Shown here piece by piece: positions 1-9,762 of a stretch of 64,000 bases of DNA (its first letter is position 1; the number at the start of each line of letters is the position of its first letter). The position numbers and the translations under genes are program-made. The stretch comes from Alphaproteobacteria bacterium (lineage in GTDB: Bacteria > Pseudomonadota > Alphaproteobacteria > SP197): positions 1,248,001 to 1,312,000 of the forward strand of contig OZ219747.1 in NCBI GenBank assembly GCA_964291265.2. The letters run 5' to 3'. The notes under the pieces are model-generated. The model had not been told where the DNA came from. It was given only the letters and a program-made list of their open reading frames with translations, and searched no databases.

Positions 1-45
1 AGTCGTCCGTTCGGACTGAAGGGTTGCTCTTCAAGGGTGGCCGGA

Positions 46-1014
46 TCAGTCCTTCATGGATGCCGGACCGAGGGGATGTTCGCGGTGGGGGTAGGGGTGG
101 TGATGCCCGCCGTGGTGGTGATGGTGGCCGGTGCCGATCCCCTCGACATGGTGGTGGTGACTTTCCTGGCGCAGGCCGACCTCGTCCTCGAAGCCGAGGA
201 CCTGCTCGCGGTACTTGCAGGCCTGGCAGTTCATGTTGCCGGTTCCGTTCAGGATCTCGTCCACCCTGGCGACGAAGGTCTCGACCACCAGGGGATGATC
301 GTTGAGATAGCCGGCCTGGACAATGGAGGTGTCGGGATGGCGGACCGCGGCACTGGCCGCCGCATCGTAGATGCGCCTGACAAGAACCCCGGTGAAGAGA
401 AAGTAGGGGAAGACGATGATGCGCCGGAAACCCAGTCTGACGACATGATCAAGCGCCGGTGCGACCAGCGGAAACGTGACACCCGAATAGGCTGTCTCCC
501 CCCAGCCCAGACCGAGCCCTTCGGTCAGCAGACGGGTGACCCTGGCGACGTTGGCATTGGCATCGGGGTCCGATGTGCCACGTCCGACCACCATCAGCAG
601 GGTGTCGCTGGCGGCGACAGGACCGTGTGTCGCATCCGCTTTCCTGATGGCCTCCGTTACCCTCTCGCTGGCGGCCTTGATCATCCTCATGTCGTGACCG
701 AGATCACGGCCGTAGCGCACCTGGACTCCGGTATCGCGGGACCACGTGTTGAGGACCCCCGGGATGTCGTTCTTGACATGGCCGGCGGCAAACAGCATTC
801 CGGGCACAGCAAGGATATCGTGTGCACCGCCTTTGCGAAGGCGGTCGAGACCCTCGCGTATGACCGGGGTTGCGAATTCGAGAAAGCCGTGGGCGACCGG
901 CCAGTTGAACCTGGGTGCAAGCGTGCGGGCGAGGGCCGTGAACTCGGCGATGGCCGCTCCGTCGCGGCTACCGTGACCGCACAACATGACGGCAGTGTGA
1001 CTCATATCCTGCAT
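46..1014 (-). CDS. cbiX: Sirohydrochlorin cobaltochelatase, long-form CbiX
   Basis: CGHGSRD and AAGHVKNDIP motifs, second GRGTSDPDAN domain, MNCQACKYR motif and His-rich C-terminal tail. Confidence 0.9.
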   Translation of the reverse strand: MQDMSHTAVMLCGHGSRDGAAIAEFTALARTLAPRFNWPVAHGFLEFATPVIREGLDRLRKGGAHDILAVPGMLFAAGHVKNDIPGVLNTWSRDTGVQVRYGRDLGHDMRMIKAASERVTEAIRKADATHGPVAASDTLLMVVGRGTSDPDANANVARVTRLLTEGLGLGWGETAYSGVTFPLVAPALDHVVRLGFRRIIVFPYFLFTGVLVRRIYDAAASAAVRHPDTSIVQAGYLNDHPLVVETFVARVDEILNGTGNMNCQACKYREQVLGFEDEVGLRQESHHHHVEGIGTGHHHHHGGHHHPYPHREHPLGPASMKD

Positions 1015-1067
1015 CCCTTGCCGGCTGGACTATCATGGGAGCGTGCCATCCACCGCCGCGAGCCTTC

Positions 1068-2009
1068 ATGATCTTCGACAACGCAGTACCGGCAGCTCTC
1101 GTGGTCGCTGTCGTTCTGGATTGGCTGATTGGCGATCCGCGCTGGCTGTGGGGACGATTGAAGCATCCGGTCGTGGTTCTCGGATCCTTCATCGATGTTC
1201 TTGATCGACATGTCAATCGTGGCAGTTCCGCCAGACGACGCGTGGCGGGTTTCGCAGTGCTTGCCGCGATCGTGGTTGTCGCTGTGGCAGCGGGAATCCT
1301 GCTCGCCTTCCTTGGCTGGTTCGTGGAAGCCATTGTCATGGCCATCCTGCTGGCCCAGCGGAGTCTCCACGACCACGTGCGGGCCGTCGCCACGGCCCTG
1401 CGGCGCGACGGGCTCGAAGAGGGGCGTCGCGTGGTTGGGCTGATCGTCGGGCGCGACACAGGCCAACTGGACTGTCATGGCGTGAGTCGGGCGGCGATCG
1501 AGAGTTGCGCCGAGAACTTTGCCGACGGCGTCGTGGCCCCCATTTTCTGGTACGTGGTGGCAGGCTTGCCGGGCCTCCTCGTCTACAAGGCGGTCAACAC
1601 CCTCGACAGCATGATCGGTCATCGCGATTCGCGCCATCGCGCCTTCGGCCAGGCCTCGGCGCGGTGCGATGACCTGCTGAACCTCCTGCCTGCCAGGCTG
1701 TCCGCCCTGATGGTTGTCGGCGCCTGCTTGTTCATGGCGGGTGCCGACCCGCGGCGGTCCTGGCGTGCGCTGTGGCGAGACGCCGGTCACCACAGGTCAC
1801 CGAACGCCGGCTGGCCCGAAGCGGCCTTCGCCGGTGCCCTCGGCGTTGCCATTGCCGGCCCGCGACGCTACGCAGGCATCCTGGTGTTCGACGCCTGGAT
1901 GGGTGACGGACGCGTCGCCTGCACACCGGACGACATCGATGCGGCCCTGCGACTCTATGTGCGTTCCTGCATCCTTGCCGGAGGTCTCTGCGTCCTCCTC
2001 ATCATCTGA
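1068..2009 (+). CDS. cobD: Adenosylcobinamide-phosphate synthase CobD/CbiB
   Basis: LDWLIGDP..HPV, ENFADGVVAP, YKAVNTLDSMIGH and SPNAGWPEAA motifs; start could be 1035. Confidence 0.92.
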   Translation: MIFDNAVPAALVVAVVLDWLIGDPRWLWGRLKHPVVVLGSFIDVLDRHVNRGSSARRRVAGFAVLAAIVVVAVAAGILLAFLGWFVEAIVMAILLAQRSLHDHVRAVATALRRDGLEEGRRVVGLIVGRDTGQLDCHGVSRAAIESCAENFADGVVAPIFWYVVAGLPGLLVYKAVNTLDSMIGHRDSRHRAFGQASARCDDLLNLLPARLSALMVVGACLFMAGADPRRSWRALWRDAGHHRSPNAGWPEAAFAGALGVAIAGPRRYAGILVFDAWMGDGRVACTPDDIDAALRLYVRSCILAGGLCVLLII

Positions 2010-2147
2010 ACATCGCAGGTCATGACTCGGCAGGCAGAGGCTCCAGGTTTGCATCAGCCAGCCTGTGATCGCTTGCCGCGTCGGTGTTGCCGATACGGTC
2101 TGCCCACATCGGGACCGGACGCTGCGGCCGTTCAACATCGTGACCGG

Positions 2148-3344
2148 TCAAGCCGTGGCGGCGGCTGCGGGAGATCTGCCCGCAAGCCAGCGCAGGACCG
2201 CATACCCGACGATACCGGAAACCAGCGAGCCCGACAGCACACCGAGCCGCACCGCCGCCTGGTGCGCCGGGTCTTCGAAGGCAAGCGCGCCGATGAACAG
2301 GCTCATGGTGAAGCCGATGCCTGCCAGCGCCGACGCGCCATAGACATGCAGCCATGTTACCCCGTCGGGCAGTCGGCATATCCCGAACCGCACCCCAACC
2401 CATGTCAGACCGAAGATGCCGAGCTGCTTGCCGACGGTCAGCCCGGCGGCGATGCCGAGAGGGACCGACGACAGGAAACTGCCTAACGAGAGCCCGCCAA
2501 GGTGCACACCGGCATTGGCGAAGGCGAAGACCGGCATCACGAACAGCGCAACGAATCCGTGCAGGCCATGCTCAGCCCGTATCAGGGGCGGCGGGGTCGA
2601 TGCGGCGTTCTTCGTGCGCAGTGGTATGAACAGCGCAATGACCACGCCGGCAAGCGTTGCGTGGATCCCGGACTTCAGCACGGCCACCCACATGACGAGA
2701 CCGACGAGAATGTATGGCAGCAGCCGCGTCACGCCAGTCAGGTTCAGCGTCAGCAGTACGGCCGCGCCAACGCCGGCGATGGTCAGCGAAGTCAGCGACA
2801 GGTCGGCCGTGTAGAAGACTGCAATGATGAGGATCGCACCCAGATCGTCGATCACCGCCAGAGCCAGCAGGAACACCTTCAGCCCTGCCGGAACCCGGCT
2901 GCCGAGCAGGGCCAGTATGCCGACGGCGAAGGCGATGTCCGTCGCCGCCGGGATTGCCCAGCCGCGAAGCGCCGCCGCATCGCCGGCATTGAGCGCCATG
3001 TAGATCAGCGCCGGCGCCGCCATGCCTCCGACCGCGCCCAGAGCGGGTAGCGCTGCCTGGCGCCACGAGGACAGGTTGCCCGCCAGGAGCTCCCGCTTGA
3101 TCTCCAGCCCGACCAGCAGGAAGAACATCGCCATAAGCCCGTCGTTGATCCAGAGCAGCAGCGGCTTCTCCAGCGCCAGCGCGCCGACCTGCACGACCAC
3201 CGGGATGGTCAGCAGGGCGTCGTAAAGAGGGGCGAGCGGCGAGTTGTCGAGCACCAGCGCCGCCACGGCGGCCAACATCAACAACACACCGCCGGCGGCT
3301 TCGTGTTTCAGCAGCGTCAATACACGGCCGACCCGAATGAACAT
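2148..3344 (-). CDS. nhaA: Na+/H+ antiporter NhaA
   Basis: WINDGLMAMFFLLVGLEIKRE, GWAIPAATDIAF, LAVIDDLGA and GIGFTMSLFI motifs. Confidence 0.97.
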   Translation of the reverse strand: MFIRVGRVLTLLKHEAAGGVLLMLAAVAALVLDNSPLAPLYDALLTIPVVVQVGALALEKPLLLWINDGLMAMFFLLVGLEIKRELLAGNLSSWRQAALPALGAVGGMAAPALIYMALNAGDAAALRGWAIPAATDIAFAVGILALLGSRVPAGLKVFLLALAVIDDLGAILIIAVFYTADLSLTSLTIAGVGAAVLLTLNLTGVTRLLPYILVGLVMWVAVLKSGIHATLAGVVIALFIPLRTKNAASTPPPLIRAEHGLHGFVALFVMPVFAFANAGVHLGGLSLGSFLSSVPLGIAAGLTVGKQLGIFGLTWVGVRFGICRLPDGVTWLHVYGASALAGIGFTMSLFIGALAFEDPAHQAAVRLGVLSGSLVSGIVGYAVLRWLAGRSPAAAATA

Positions 3345-3559
3345 GCACGCTCTTCCGATATTGCGGAACCGACAGCCGACGCCCCTTGCTCAAGGGTCTG
3401 TTGGCGCCCCTTGGCAGGAACTTACCATATCCGGTTCAATCTGGAAGGTATCGTGAGGTCACGTGCACTGGCGTCCGGAGAAGATTCGTTGGTTCCCGGT
3501 GACTGTTCACCCCCTTGTTGGGGTCTGATTGGTCGTGGTGCAACGTGATCATGCTGCGG

Positions 3560-4060
3560 CCTTTCCGGCGAGCAGGCTTCGACAGCGTTGACCCCGCCGA
3601 CCTTGGAGCGCCGCGTCCTCTACGACATCGTGTTCGAAGTCGTCGAGCGCCGCGTCGACGCCGAGATCAAGGAATGCCCGAAGTGCCGGGCCCCGTGCAG
3701 TACGGCGTAGTGCGGCGTCGGCATCCAGGCCCTCGTCATCAACCTGCTGGTCGCCCAGATGCTCATCCCTGCGCCGGGCCGTCGCGCTCGTGCAGGCGAT
3801 CTTCGGCATCAGGCTCTCCGAAGCGACCTGTCTCGGCCATGTCCGGCGTCTTCACGATGCGCTCGCGTCATGGGAGGCCGCCGCCGTGGCGCATCTCCTG
3901 CAACGCCCGGCCCTGCATATCGACGAGGCCGGCTTGCGGATCGCTGGCAAGGCCCCATGGATTTATGTCGTCACCCACGGGTTGACCCGTGACGTTCCCG
4001 CACCATGAAGCGCGGCCGGGAGGCGATCGAAGAGATCGGCATCATCATCCCGCCCGGCGG
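3560..4060 (+). pseudogene. Frameshifted IS66-family transposase remnant
   Basis: Fragments in different frames: EIKECPKC, VQYG..GIQALVINLLVAQM, GIRLSEAT, LHIDEAGLRIAGKAPWIYV, RGREAIEEIGII; boundaries approximate. Confidence 0.7.
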
Positions 4061-4299
4061 ATGCACCTTCGCCCCAAGACCCCATGCCACAAGCCGGGAA
4101 AGCGCCGCCAGACGGCGCAACAGGACGGCTCTGCTCGCACACTCGAAAAAGCTGTGCCCGGTGAGCCCTGATGCACCAGCAGTGCCCACTGAAACAGGCA
4201 CGCAGTGAACCCGGAACGCCTCAACCATGCCAGGTCCCTGTCACATCTACAATCCACAGGACCGAAAAAGAAAAAGGAATGGTCCTGCAAAAAAAGTCC

Positions 4300-4330
4300 T
4301 TGATTTGACGGGCGGGGGGGGGGGTAGAGT
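4300..4330 (+). promoter_or_regulatory. Sigma70-like promoter with a G11 tract in the -35/-10 spacer
   Basis: TTGATT at 4300-4305 or TTGACG at 4305-4310, G11 at 4314-4324, TAGAGT at 4325-4330, A-tracts upstream. Confidence 0.55.
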
Positions 4331-4362
4331 GTGCGTTCATGGCAAATCGGGAGGGTATTTCC

Positions 4363-7047
4363 ATGGCGATCGAGCGGACCGGCGGCGCCGGCGATGACAC
4401 GCTGACGGGCGGTATCGGCGACGATACGCTGACCGGCGGCCTCGGAGACGACATCCTCACCGGCGGGGCCGGGGACGACACGCTGACGGGCGGAACCGCA
4501 AACCCGGACGCCGACGCGAGCTTTCTCGACATGAACCCCGGCAGTTCGGACGATGACACGCTGGACGGCGGTGCGGGCGACGACACGCTGGACGGCGGCG
4601 CGGGCGCCGACACGCTCACCGGCGGCGCTGGGGACGACACGCTCTATGGCGGCAACGGTGACGACACGCTCGAGGGGGGTGACGGCATCGACAGCCTGTT
4701 CGGCGGTCAGGGCGACGACCGGCTGACGGGCGGCCGAGGCAACGACTACCTCTATGGTGGCCTGGGGGCCGATGTCTTCGCCTTCGCGGTGGGGGACGGG
4801 GCCGACACCATGACCGGTTTCGAGGTGGGCGACATCATCGAGATTGCCGGCGTGTCCGGCGGCTTCGGGGACCTGGTGATCGAGCAGGACGGCTCCAATA
4901 CCGTCATCCGCTACGGTGACGGCGACACGATCACGCTGGAGAACGTGACGGCGTCCTCCCTGGGCGCGGACGACTTCCGGTTTCCGGATGCCGGGACCGC
5001 ACCGCCGGAGGCTGGCGGCGAGGAGGCTGTCTCGCCGGACGCCCTGGCACAGGGTGCGCCGCCGCAGGGCACGTCCGGCGACGCCTCGAGCGGCGGGCCT
5101 GCTGGCGGCGAGGTGCTGAAGGGCGGCAAGGGCGCCGACACGCTGACCGGCGGTGATGGCGACGACACCCTGCGTGGCTACAGGGGCGCCGACACGCTGA
5201 CCGGTGGGGCCGGCGACGACCTCCTCTATGGCGGCCTGGGCGCCGACACGCTGACCGGCGGGGCCGGCGACGACACCCTGGGGGGCGGCAAGGGCAATGA
5301 CACGCTGATGGGCGGAGCTGGCAACGACACCCTGCGTGGCGCCAGGGGCGCCGACACGCTGACCGGCGGAGCCGGCGACGACACGCTGGCCGGTGGCAAG
5401 GGCGCCGACACCTTCGTGTTCGCGGCGGGAGACGGCGACGACACCATTACCGACTTCGGGGGTGGCGACAGGATTCGCCTGGATGGCGTATCCGGCGGGT
5501 TTGAGGCGCTGGTCATCGAGCAGGACGGCGACGACGCCGTCGTCGGTTATGGCGACAGCGGCGACACCATCCGGCTGACTGGTATCACAGCGACCTCCCT
5601 CGGCGAGGACGACTTCATCCTGCCTCCCGGCGACAGCGAAACGGTCGTGTACGGCGCCAGTGCCGGCGACCCGCCCGGCGTGAGCGGGCTGTCCGGGAAG
5701 AACGGCGACGGCGAGGACAAGATCCTGGGCCGCGAGGGTGGCGACAACGCGCCTGCGGACCCACCGTCCGGCACCGGCGAAACCCCGAAAGTGCCGGTCC
5801 CCGACGGCGTCATCCTGCACGGCGACGATACGCTGAACGGCGGAGCCGGAGACGACTACCTCCATGGCGGCAGCGGTGATGACACGTTGTACGGCGGAGC
5901 CGGAGACGACTACCTCTATGGCGGCGACGGCGACGACACGCTGTACGGCGAGGCCGGCGACGACTACCTCTATGGCCGCGACGGCGACGACACGCTGTAC
6001 GGCGGGGCCGGCGACGACTACCTCTATGGCCGCGGCGGCGACGACACGCTGTACGGCGGGGCCGGCGACGACAGACTCCATGGCGGTGGCGGAGACGACA
6101 CGCTGAACGGCGGCGACGGTGACGACACGCTGAAGGGCGGCGCTGGCGCCGACTTGTTCAGTGGCGGCAAGGGGGCCGATACGTTCTGGCTCGACAAGAG
6201 CAAAGAGGGGGATACGATCACCGATTTCGAGGCGGGCGACACGATCGTGCTCGATTTCTTCGTGAGCGGCGGGTTCGCGGCGCTGACCATTGAGCAAGTC
6301 GGCGAGGATACCGTGATCGGCCACAGCAGCATGAGTGGTTCGATCAGGCTTTTGGGCGTCAAGGCGGATTCCTTGACCGCACAGGACTTCTCTCTGCCTT
6401 ACACCGATGCTCCGCACGGCAGGACGTTGAGAGGTGGCGACGGCGAAGACCACTTATACGGCGACGACGGTGACGACACGCTGTACGGCGGAGCCGGCAA
6501 CGACGACCTGAGGGGCTGGGGCGGCGACGACGTGATCCATGGCGGCGGCGGTGACGACTTCATTCAGGGCGATTCCCAAAACGATGGGACAGGTCATGGC
6601 GACGATACGATCTATGGGGGCGATGGCGATGACGACATCACCGGCAACGGCGGCGATGACACGATCTATGGTGGCGATGGCGATGACACGATCGATGGCG
6701 GTTACTACAGCGGCGACGATACGCTCTACGGCGGAGCCGGCAACGACATCCTGCGGGGCAGCGTATCGGGGACGACTACGTTCGTGTTCGCGGCCGGTGA
6801 CGGGGCTGACACAATCACGAATTTCGGCACCGGCGGCACCGGCGACACCATCGCGATCACCGGACACGACGGCGGATTTTCGGCTTTGCGCATCACGCAG
6901 ACGACTGGAAAATATGGTACCGATATCGTCATCGGTTACGGTGCCGGTGACGACACGATTCGTCTTCAAGGCTACCACGACACGATTAGTCTTCAAGGCT
7001 ACCAGTATCCGCCACTGACCGAGGCCGATTTCGATTTTCTGGGTTGA
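4363..7047 (+). CDS. RTX-repeat Ca2+-binding protein with four modules, probable type I secretion substrate
   Basis: Dozens of GGxGDDTL nonapeptides; four domains ending GADDFRF, GEDDFIL, TAQDFSL, TEADFDFLG; GGAGG RBS before ATG 4363 (ORF open from 4339). Confidence 0.88.
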   Translation: MAIERTGGAGDDTLTGGIGDDTLTGGLGDDILTGGAGDDTLTGGTANPDADASFLDMNPGSSDDDTLDGGAGDDTLDGGAGADTLTGGAGDDTLYGGNGDDTLEGGDGIDSLFGGQGDDRLTGGRGNDYLYGGLGADVFAFAVGDGADTMTGFEVGDIIEIAGVSGGFGDLVIEQDGSNTVIRYGDGDTITLENVTASSLGADDFRFPDAGTAPPEAGGEEAVSPDALAQGAPPQGTSGDASSGGPAGGEVLKGGKGADTLTGGDGDDTLRGYRGADTLTGGAGDDLLYGGLGADTLTGGAGDDTLGGGKGNDTLMGGAGNDTLRGARGADTLTGGAGDDTLAGGKGADTFVFAAGDGDDTITDFGGGDRIRLDGVSGGFEALVIEQDGDDAVVGYGDSGDTIRLTGITATSLGEDDFILPPGDSETVVYGASAGDPPGVSGLSGKNGDGEDKILGREGGDNAPADPPSGTGETPKVPVPDGVILHGDDTLNGGAGDDYLHGGSGDDTLYGGAGDDYLYGGDGDDTLYGEAGDDYLYGRDGDDTLYGGAGDDYLYGRGGDDTLYGGAGDDRLHGGGGDDTLNGGDGDDTLKGGAGADLFSGGKGADTFWLDKSKEGDTITDFEAGDTIVLDFFVSGGFAALTIEQVGEDTVIGHSSMSGSIRLLGVKADSLTAQDFSLPYTDAPHGRTLRGGDGEDHLYGDDGDDTLYGGAGNDDLRGWGGDDVIHGGGGDDFIQGDSQNDGTGHGDDTIYGGDGDDDITGNGGDDTIYGGDGDDTIDGGYYSGDDTLYGGAGNDILRGSVSGTTTFVFAAGDGADTITNFGTGGTGDTIAITGHDGGFSALRITQTTGKYGTDIVIGYGAGDDTIRLQGYHDTISLQGYQYPPLTEADFDFLG
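6951..7004 (+). repeat. 27-bp tandem duplication near the RTX C-terminus
   Basis: cgacacgattcgtcttcaaggctacca / cgacacgattagtcttcaaggctacca, encoding DTIRLQGYH DTISLQGYQ. Confidence 0.85.
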
Positions 7048-7284
7048 TCTTTCCGGATGGCCGGCCTTGGTGGCGCCTGCAGCCGCCGTTCTGCCGTCAG
7101 CGGCGATGGCACATGGCTGCGTTGCCTGTCGGTGTCTGCTCGGGTTCAGCCGCCGCCCGAGCCTGCATTGCAGGAGTCCGGGCTTGTGAGGGGCCACCTG
7201 CCGGTCACGGTCCGCAAGGCGGGGACCGCAGATTGTTCCTCCCCCCTGGGCAGTTGCTTGCTTCATCTCATGCGGCCGGCGCCG

Positions 7285-7579
7285 GGGTGTGATGTAGGCT
7301 GATGTTGTCGTTGGCTGGTGCGTCGTCTGCCCCGATCATGGCTGTCCACGCGCTTTCGAAGCGGCCGGATTTGATGAGGGCGCGGAAGGTGAGAACGGCT
7401 TGTCCGCCGACGATGCGCCAGCGCATGCCGGTGCGCTGTGTGACGAGGGTCTTGTTGGCTGCCTCGACAAGTCCCGAGCCGATGGCGATCCCCTGTTGCT
7501 TCAGCGCGTGGTAGCGCATGCGGTGGCGATGCTTGCGGAAGAAGGCCAGTTCCCTGTCGATGTCGGCTCGGCCCGCCGG
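7285..7579 (-). pseudogene. ISKra4-like transposase, 3' fragment
   Basis: FFRKHRHRMRY..GIAIGSGLVEAANKTLVTQR..GMRW..GGQAVLTFRAL. Confidence 0.8.
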
Positions 7580-7585
7580 CTTAGG

Positions 7586-9539
7586 CCGAAGTTCCGGACG
7601 TTTTCCAGCTGGAAATCGCGTCAAGTCGTTGATCTTGCGCGGTTTATCGGGTTTGACGGACTTCACAACGTACCCATGTACGGATGCATTTTGTGCTTGA
7701 CACACGGCAGTGCCGTGCCTATGTACAGTAGCCATGTACATCGAAGCCGTCCCCAACCGCTCCTCGCCGCCCGCCATCCTGCTCCGCGAGTCCTATCGCG
7801 AAAACGGAAAGGTCAAGAAGCGCACCATCGCCAACCTCTCCAAGTGGTCCCCCACTCTCGTCGAGGGATTGCGCATCCTCCTCAAGGGAGGAACAGCAGT
7901 CCGACATCTCGACGATGCCTTCGACATCGTCCGCTCCCTCCCCCATGGGCATGTCGCCGCGGTGCTGGGAACCCTGAAGAAGCTGGGACTGGACAGGTTG
8001 ATCGACCCGAAGCCCTCGCATGAGCGCGATCAGGTCCTGGCCATGATCGTGGCACGCATCCTCGAGCCCGCCTCGAAGCTGGCCACGGCCAGGGGGCTGG
8101 CCGAGGCCACGGCGGTCAGCACCCTGGGCGAGGTCCTCGATGCGGAGATGGACGAGGACGCCCTCTACGGCGCCATGGACTGGCTCCTGGAGCGTCAGGA
8201 GAGGATCGAGCGGTCCCTGGCGAAGCGGCGCCTCGAAGAGGGCTGCCTGGTGCTCTATGACCTGACCTCGGTATGGATGGAGGGGAGAGCGTGTCCCCTG
8301 GCAAGGAGGGGTCATTCCCGGGATGGCAAGAAGGGCAAGCTGCAGATCGAGTTCGGCCTTCTGTGCGATCGGGACGGCTGTCCAGTGTCGGTGGAAGTGT
8401 TCCCCGGCAACACGGCGGACCCCGGGACGGTGGCATCACAGATCACCACGCTGCAGGAGCGCTTCTCCCTGGCGAAGGTGGTGCTGGTGGGAGACCGGGG
8501 GATGCTGACCGAGGCGCGCATACGCGAGGAGGTGAAGCCTGCGGGCCTGGACTGGATCAGCGCCTTGAGGGGACCGGCCATCCGCGCCCTTGTGGAGGCC
8601 GGCGACGTCGAGATGTCGCTCTTCGACGAGAGGGACCTGGTGGAGATCACCAGCGATGCGTATCCCGGCGAACGCCTCATGGTCTGCCGCAACCCCCTGC
8701 TGGCCGAGGACCGGGCCCGCAAGCGCCAGGAGCTGCTCGAGGCCACCGAGGCCCTGCTTGAACCGATCGCAGCAGCGACACGGCGCGACAAGCGCCGTCT
8801 CAAGGGTGCCGACAAGATCGGGGAGAGGGTCGGCAAGGTCATCGGCAAGTACAAGATGGCGAAGCACTTCACGTGGTCCATCGACGACGAGGGTGTCTTC
8901 ACCTATGGGCGCGATGAGGCTGCCATCGCCGCCGAGGCCAGGCTCGACGGCCTCTACGTGATCCGCACCAGCCTGCCGCAGAGCGAGCTCGACGGTCCCG
9001 GCACGGTGCGCGCCTACAAGCGGCTGAGTTCGGTGGAACGGGCCTTCCGCAGCCTGAAGACCGTGGATCTGAAGGTCCGCCCCGTCTACCACCGCACCGA
9101 ACCCCGGGTCCGCGCCCATGTCTTCCTGTGCATGCTCGCCTACTACGTTGAATGGCACATGCGCCAGAGACTGAAGCCCATGCTGTTCGACGACGAGGAT
9201 GCCGAAGGCGCCGAGGCCCGGCGGCCGTCCGTCGTGGCGCCGGCAGAAGTCTCGGCGAGCGCCCGGGCCAAGGCGGCAACCAAGAGGACGCCCGGGGGTG
9301 ATCCGGTGCACAGCTTCCGCACTCTCCTCGATGATCTCGCGACCATCACCCGCAACACCGTGGCGCCCCGCCTTGCGGGCGCCCAACCCTTCCAGGTCAC
9401 CACGCGGCCCACGCCGCTCCAGAGAAGAGCACTCAAGCTCCTGGGCGTGAAGCCGTAATGTACCCAGTCAGACGCCCCTGAGATCCATCGAATGCCATTT
9501 ATATCAAGCACTTGCACTTGATCGGCGCTGGAACTTCGG
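7586..9539 (+). mobile_element. IS1634-family insertion sequence, 1954 bp
   Basis: Terminal IRs CCGAAGTTCC / GGAACTTCGG; direct repeat CTTAGG at 7580-7585 and 9540-9545. Confidence 0.9.
7734..9458 (+). CDS. IS1634-family DDE transposase
   Basis: LLRESYRENGKVKKRTIANL, LYDLTS, GHSRDGK, VGDRGM, VERAFRSLK..VRPVYH..RVRAHVFLCMLAY. Confidence 0.93.
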   Translation: MYIEAVPNRSSPPAILLRESYRENGKVKKRTIANLSKWSPTLVEGLRILLKGGTAVRHLDDAFDIVRSLPHGHVAAVLGTLKKLGLDRLIDPKPSHERDQVLAMIVARILEPASKLATARGLAEATAVSTLGEVLDAEMDEDALYGAMDWLLERQERIERSLAKRRLEEGCLVLYDLTSVWMEGRACPLARRGHSRDGKKGKLQIEFGLLCDRDGCPVSVEVFPGNTADPGTVASQITTLQERFSLAKVVLVGDRGMLTEARIREEVKPAGLDWISALRGPAIRALVEAGDVEMSLFDERDLVEITSDAYPGERLMVCRNPLLAEDRARKRQELLEATEALLEPIAAATRRDKRRLKGADKIGERVGKVIGKYKMAKHFTWSIDDEGVFTYGRDEAAIAAEARLDGLYVIRTSLPQSELDGPGTVRAYKRLSSVERAFRSLKTVDLKVRPVYHRTEPRVRAHVFLCMLAYYVEWHMRQRLKPMLFDDEDAEGAEARRPSVVAPAEVSASARAKAATKRTPGGDPVHSFRTLLDDLATITRNTVAPRLAGAQPFQVTTRPTPLQRRALKLLGVKP

Positions 9540-9545
9540 CTTAGG

Positions 9546-9694
9546 CGGTGTCGCGAAGGTGGCGCAGCGCCCGGATCACCCTGTCGATGCCGCGGGGGTC
9601 GTGACGCAGGATCTCGCGGTACTTCTCGAACCAGTGGGGCGCCGCTGCATGATCGGCGGCCACGCGCAGATGCTCGCAGGCATGCCAGAAGTCG
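9546..9694 (-). pseudogene. ISKra4-like transposase, middle fragment
   Basis: Minus strand reads DFWHACEHL..WFEKYREILRHDPRGIDRVIRALRHL; joins the 15021-15243 fragment across the AGTCG duplication. Confidence 0.8.
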
Positions 9695-9762
9695 TGTTGA
9701 TGGCTGCATAGAACGGCGGGATTTCGGCGATTTGCCGCGCTTTGTCAGGGTCGTGTTTCTTC

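Noticed and set aside
4045-6453. Long antisense ORFs such as 4045-6453, 29759-32275 and 52503-55247
   Set aside because: Shadows of real genes on the opposite strand in high-GC DNA; no recognisable motifs
7268-7777. 169-aa ORF as an intact gene
   Set aside because: Chimera of the IS1634 left end and the ISKra4-like 3' fragment
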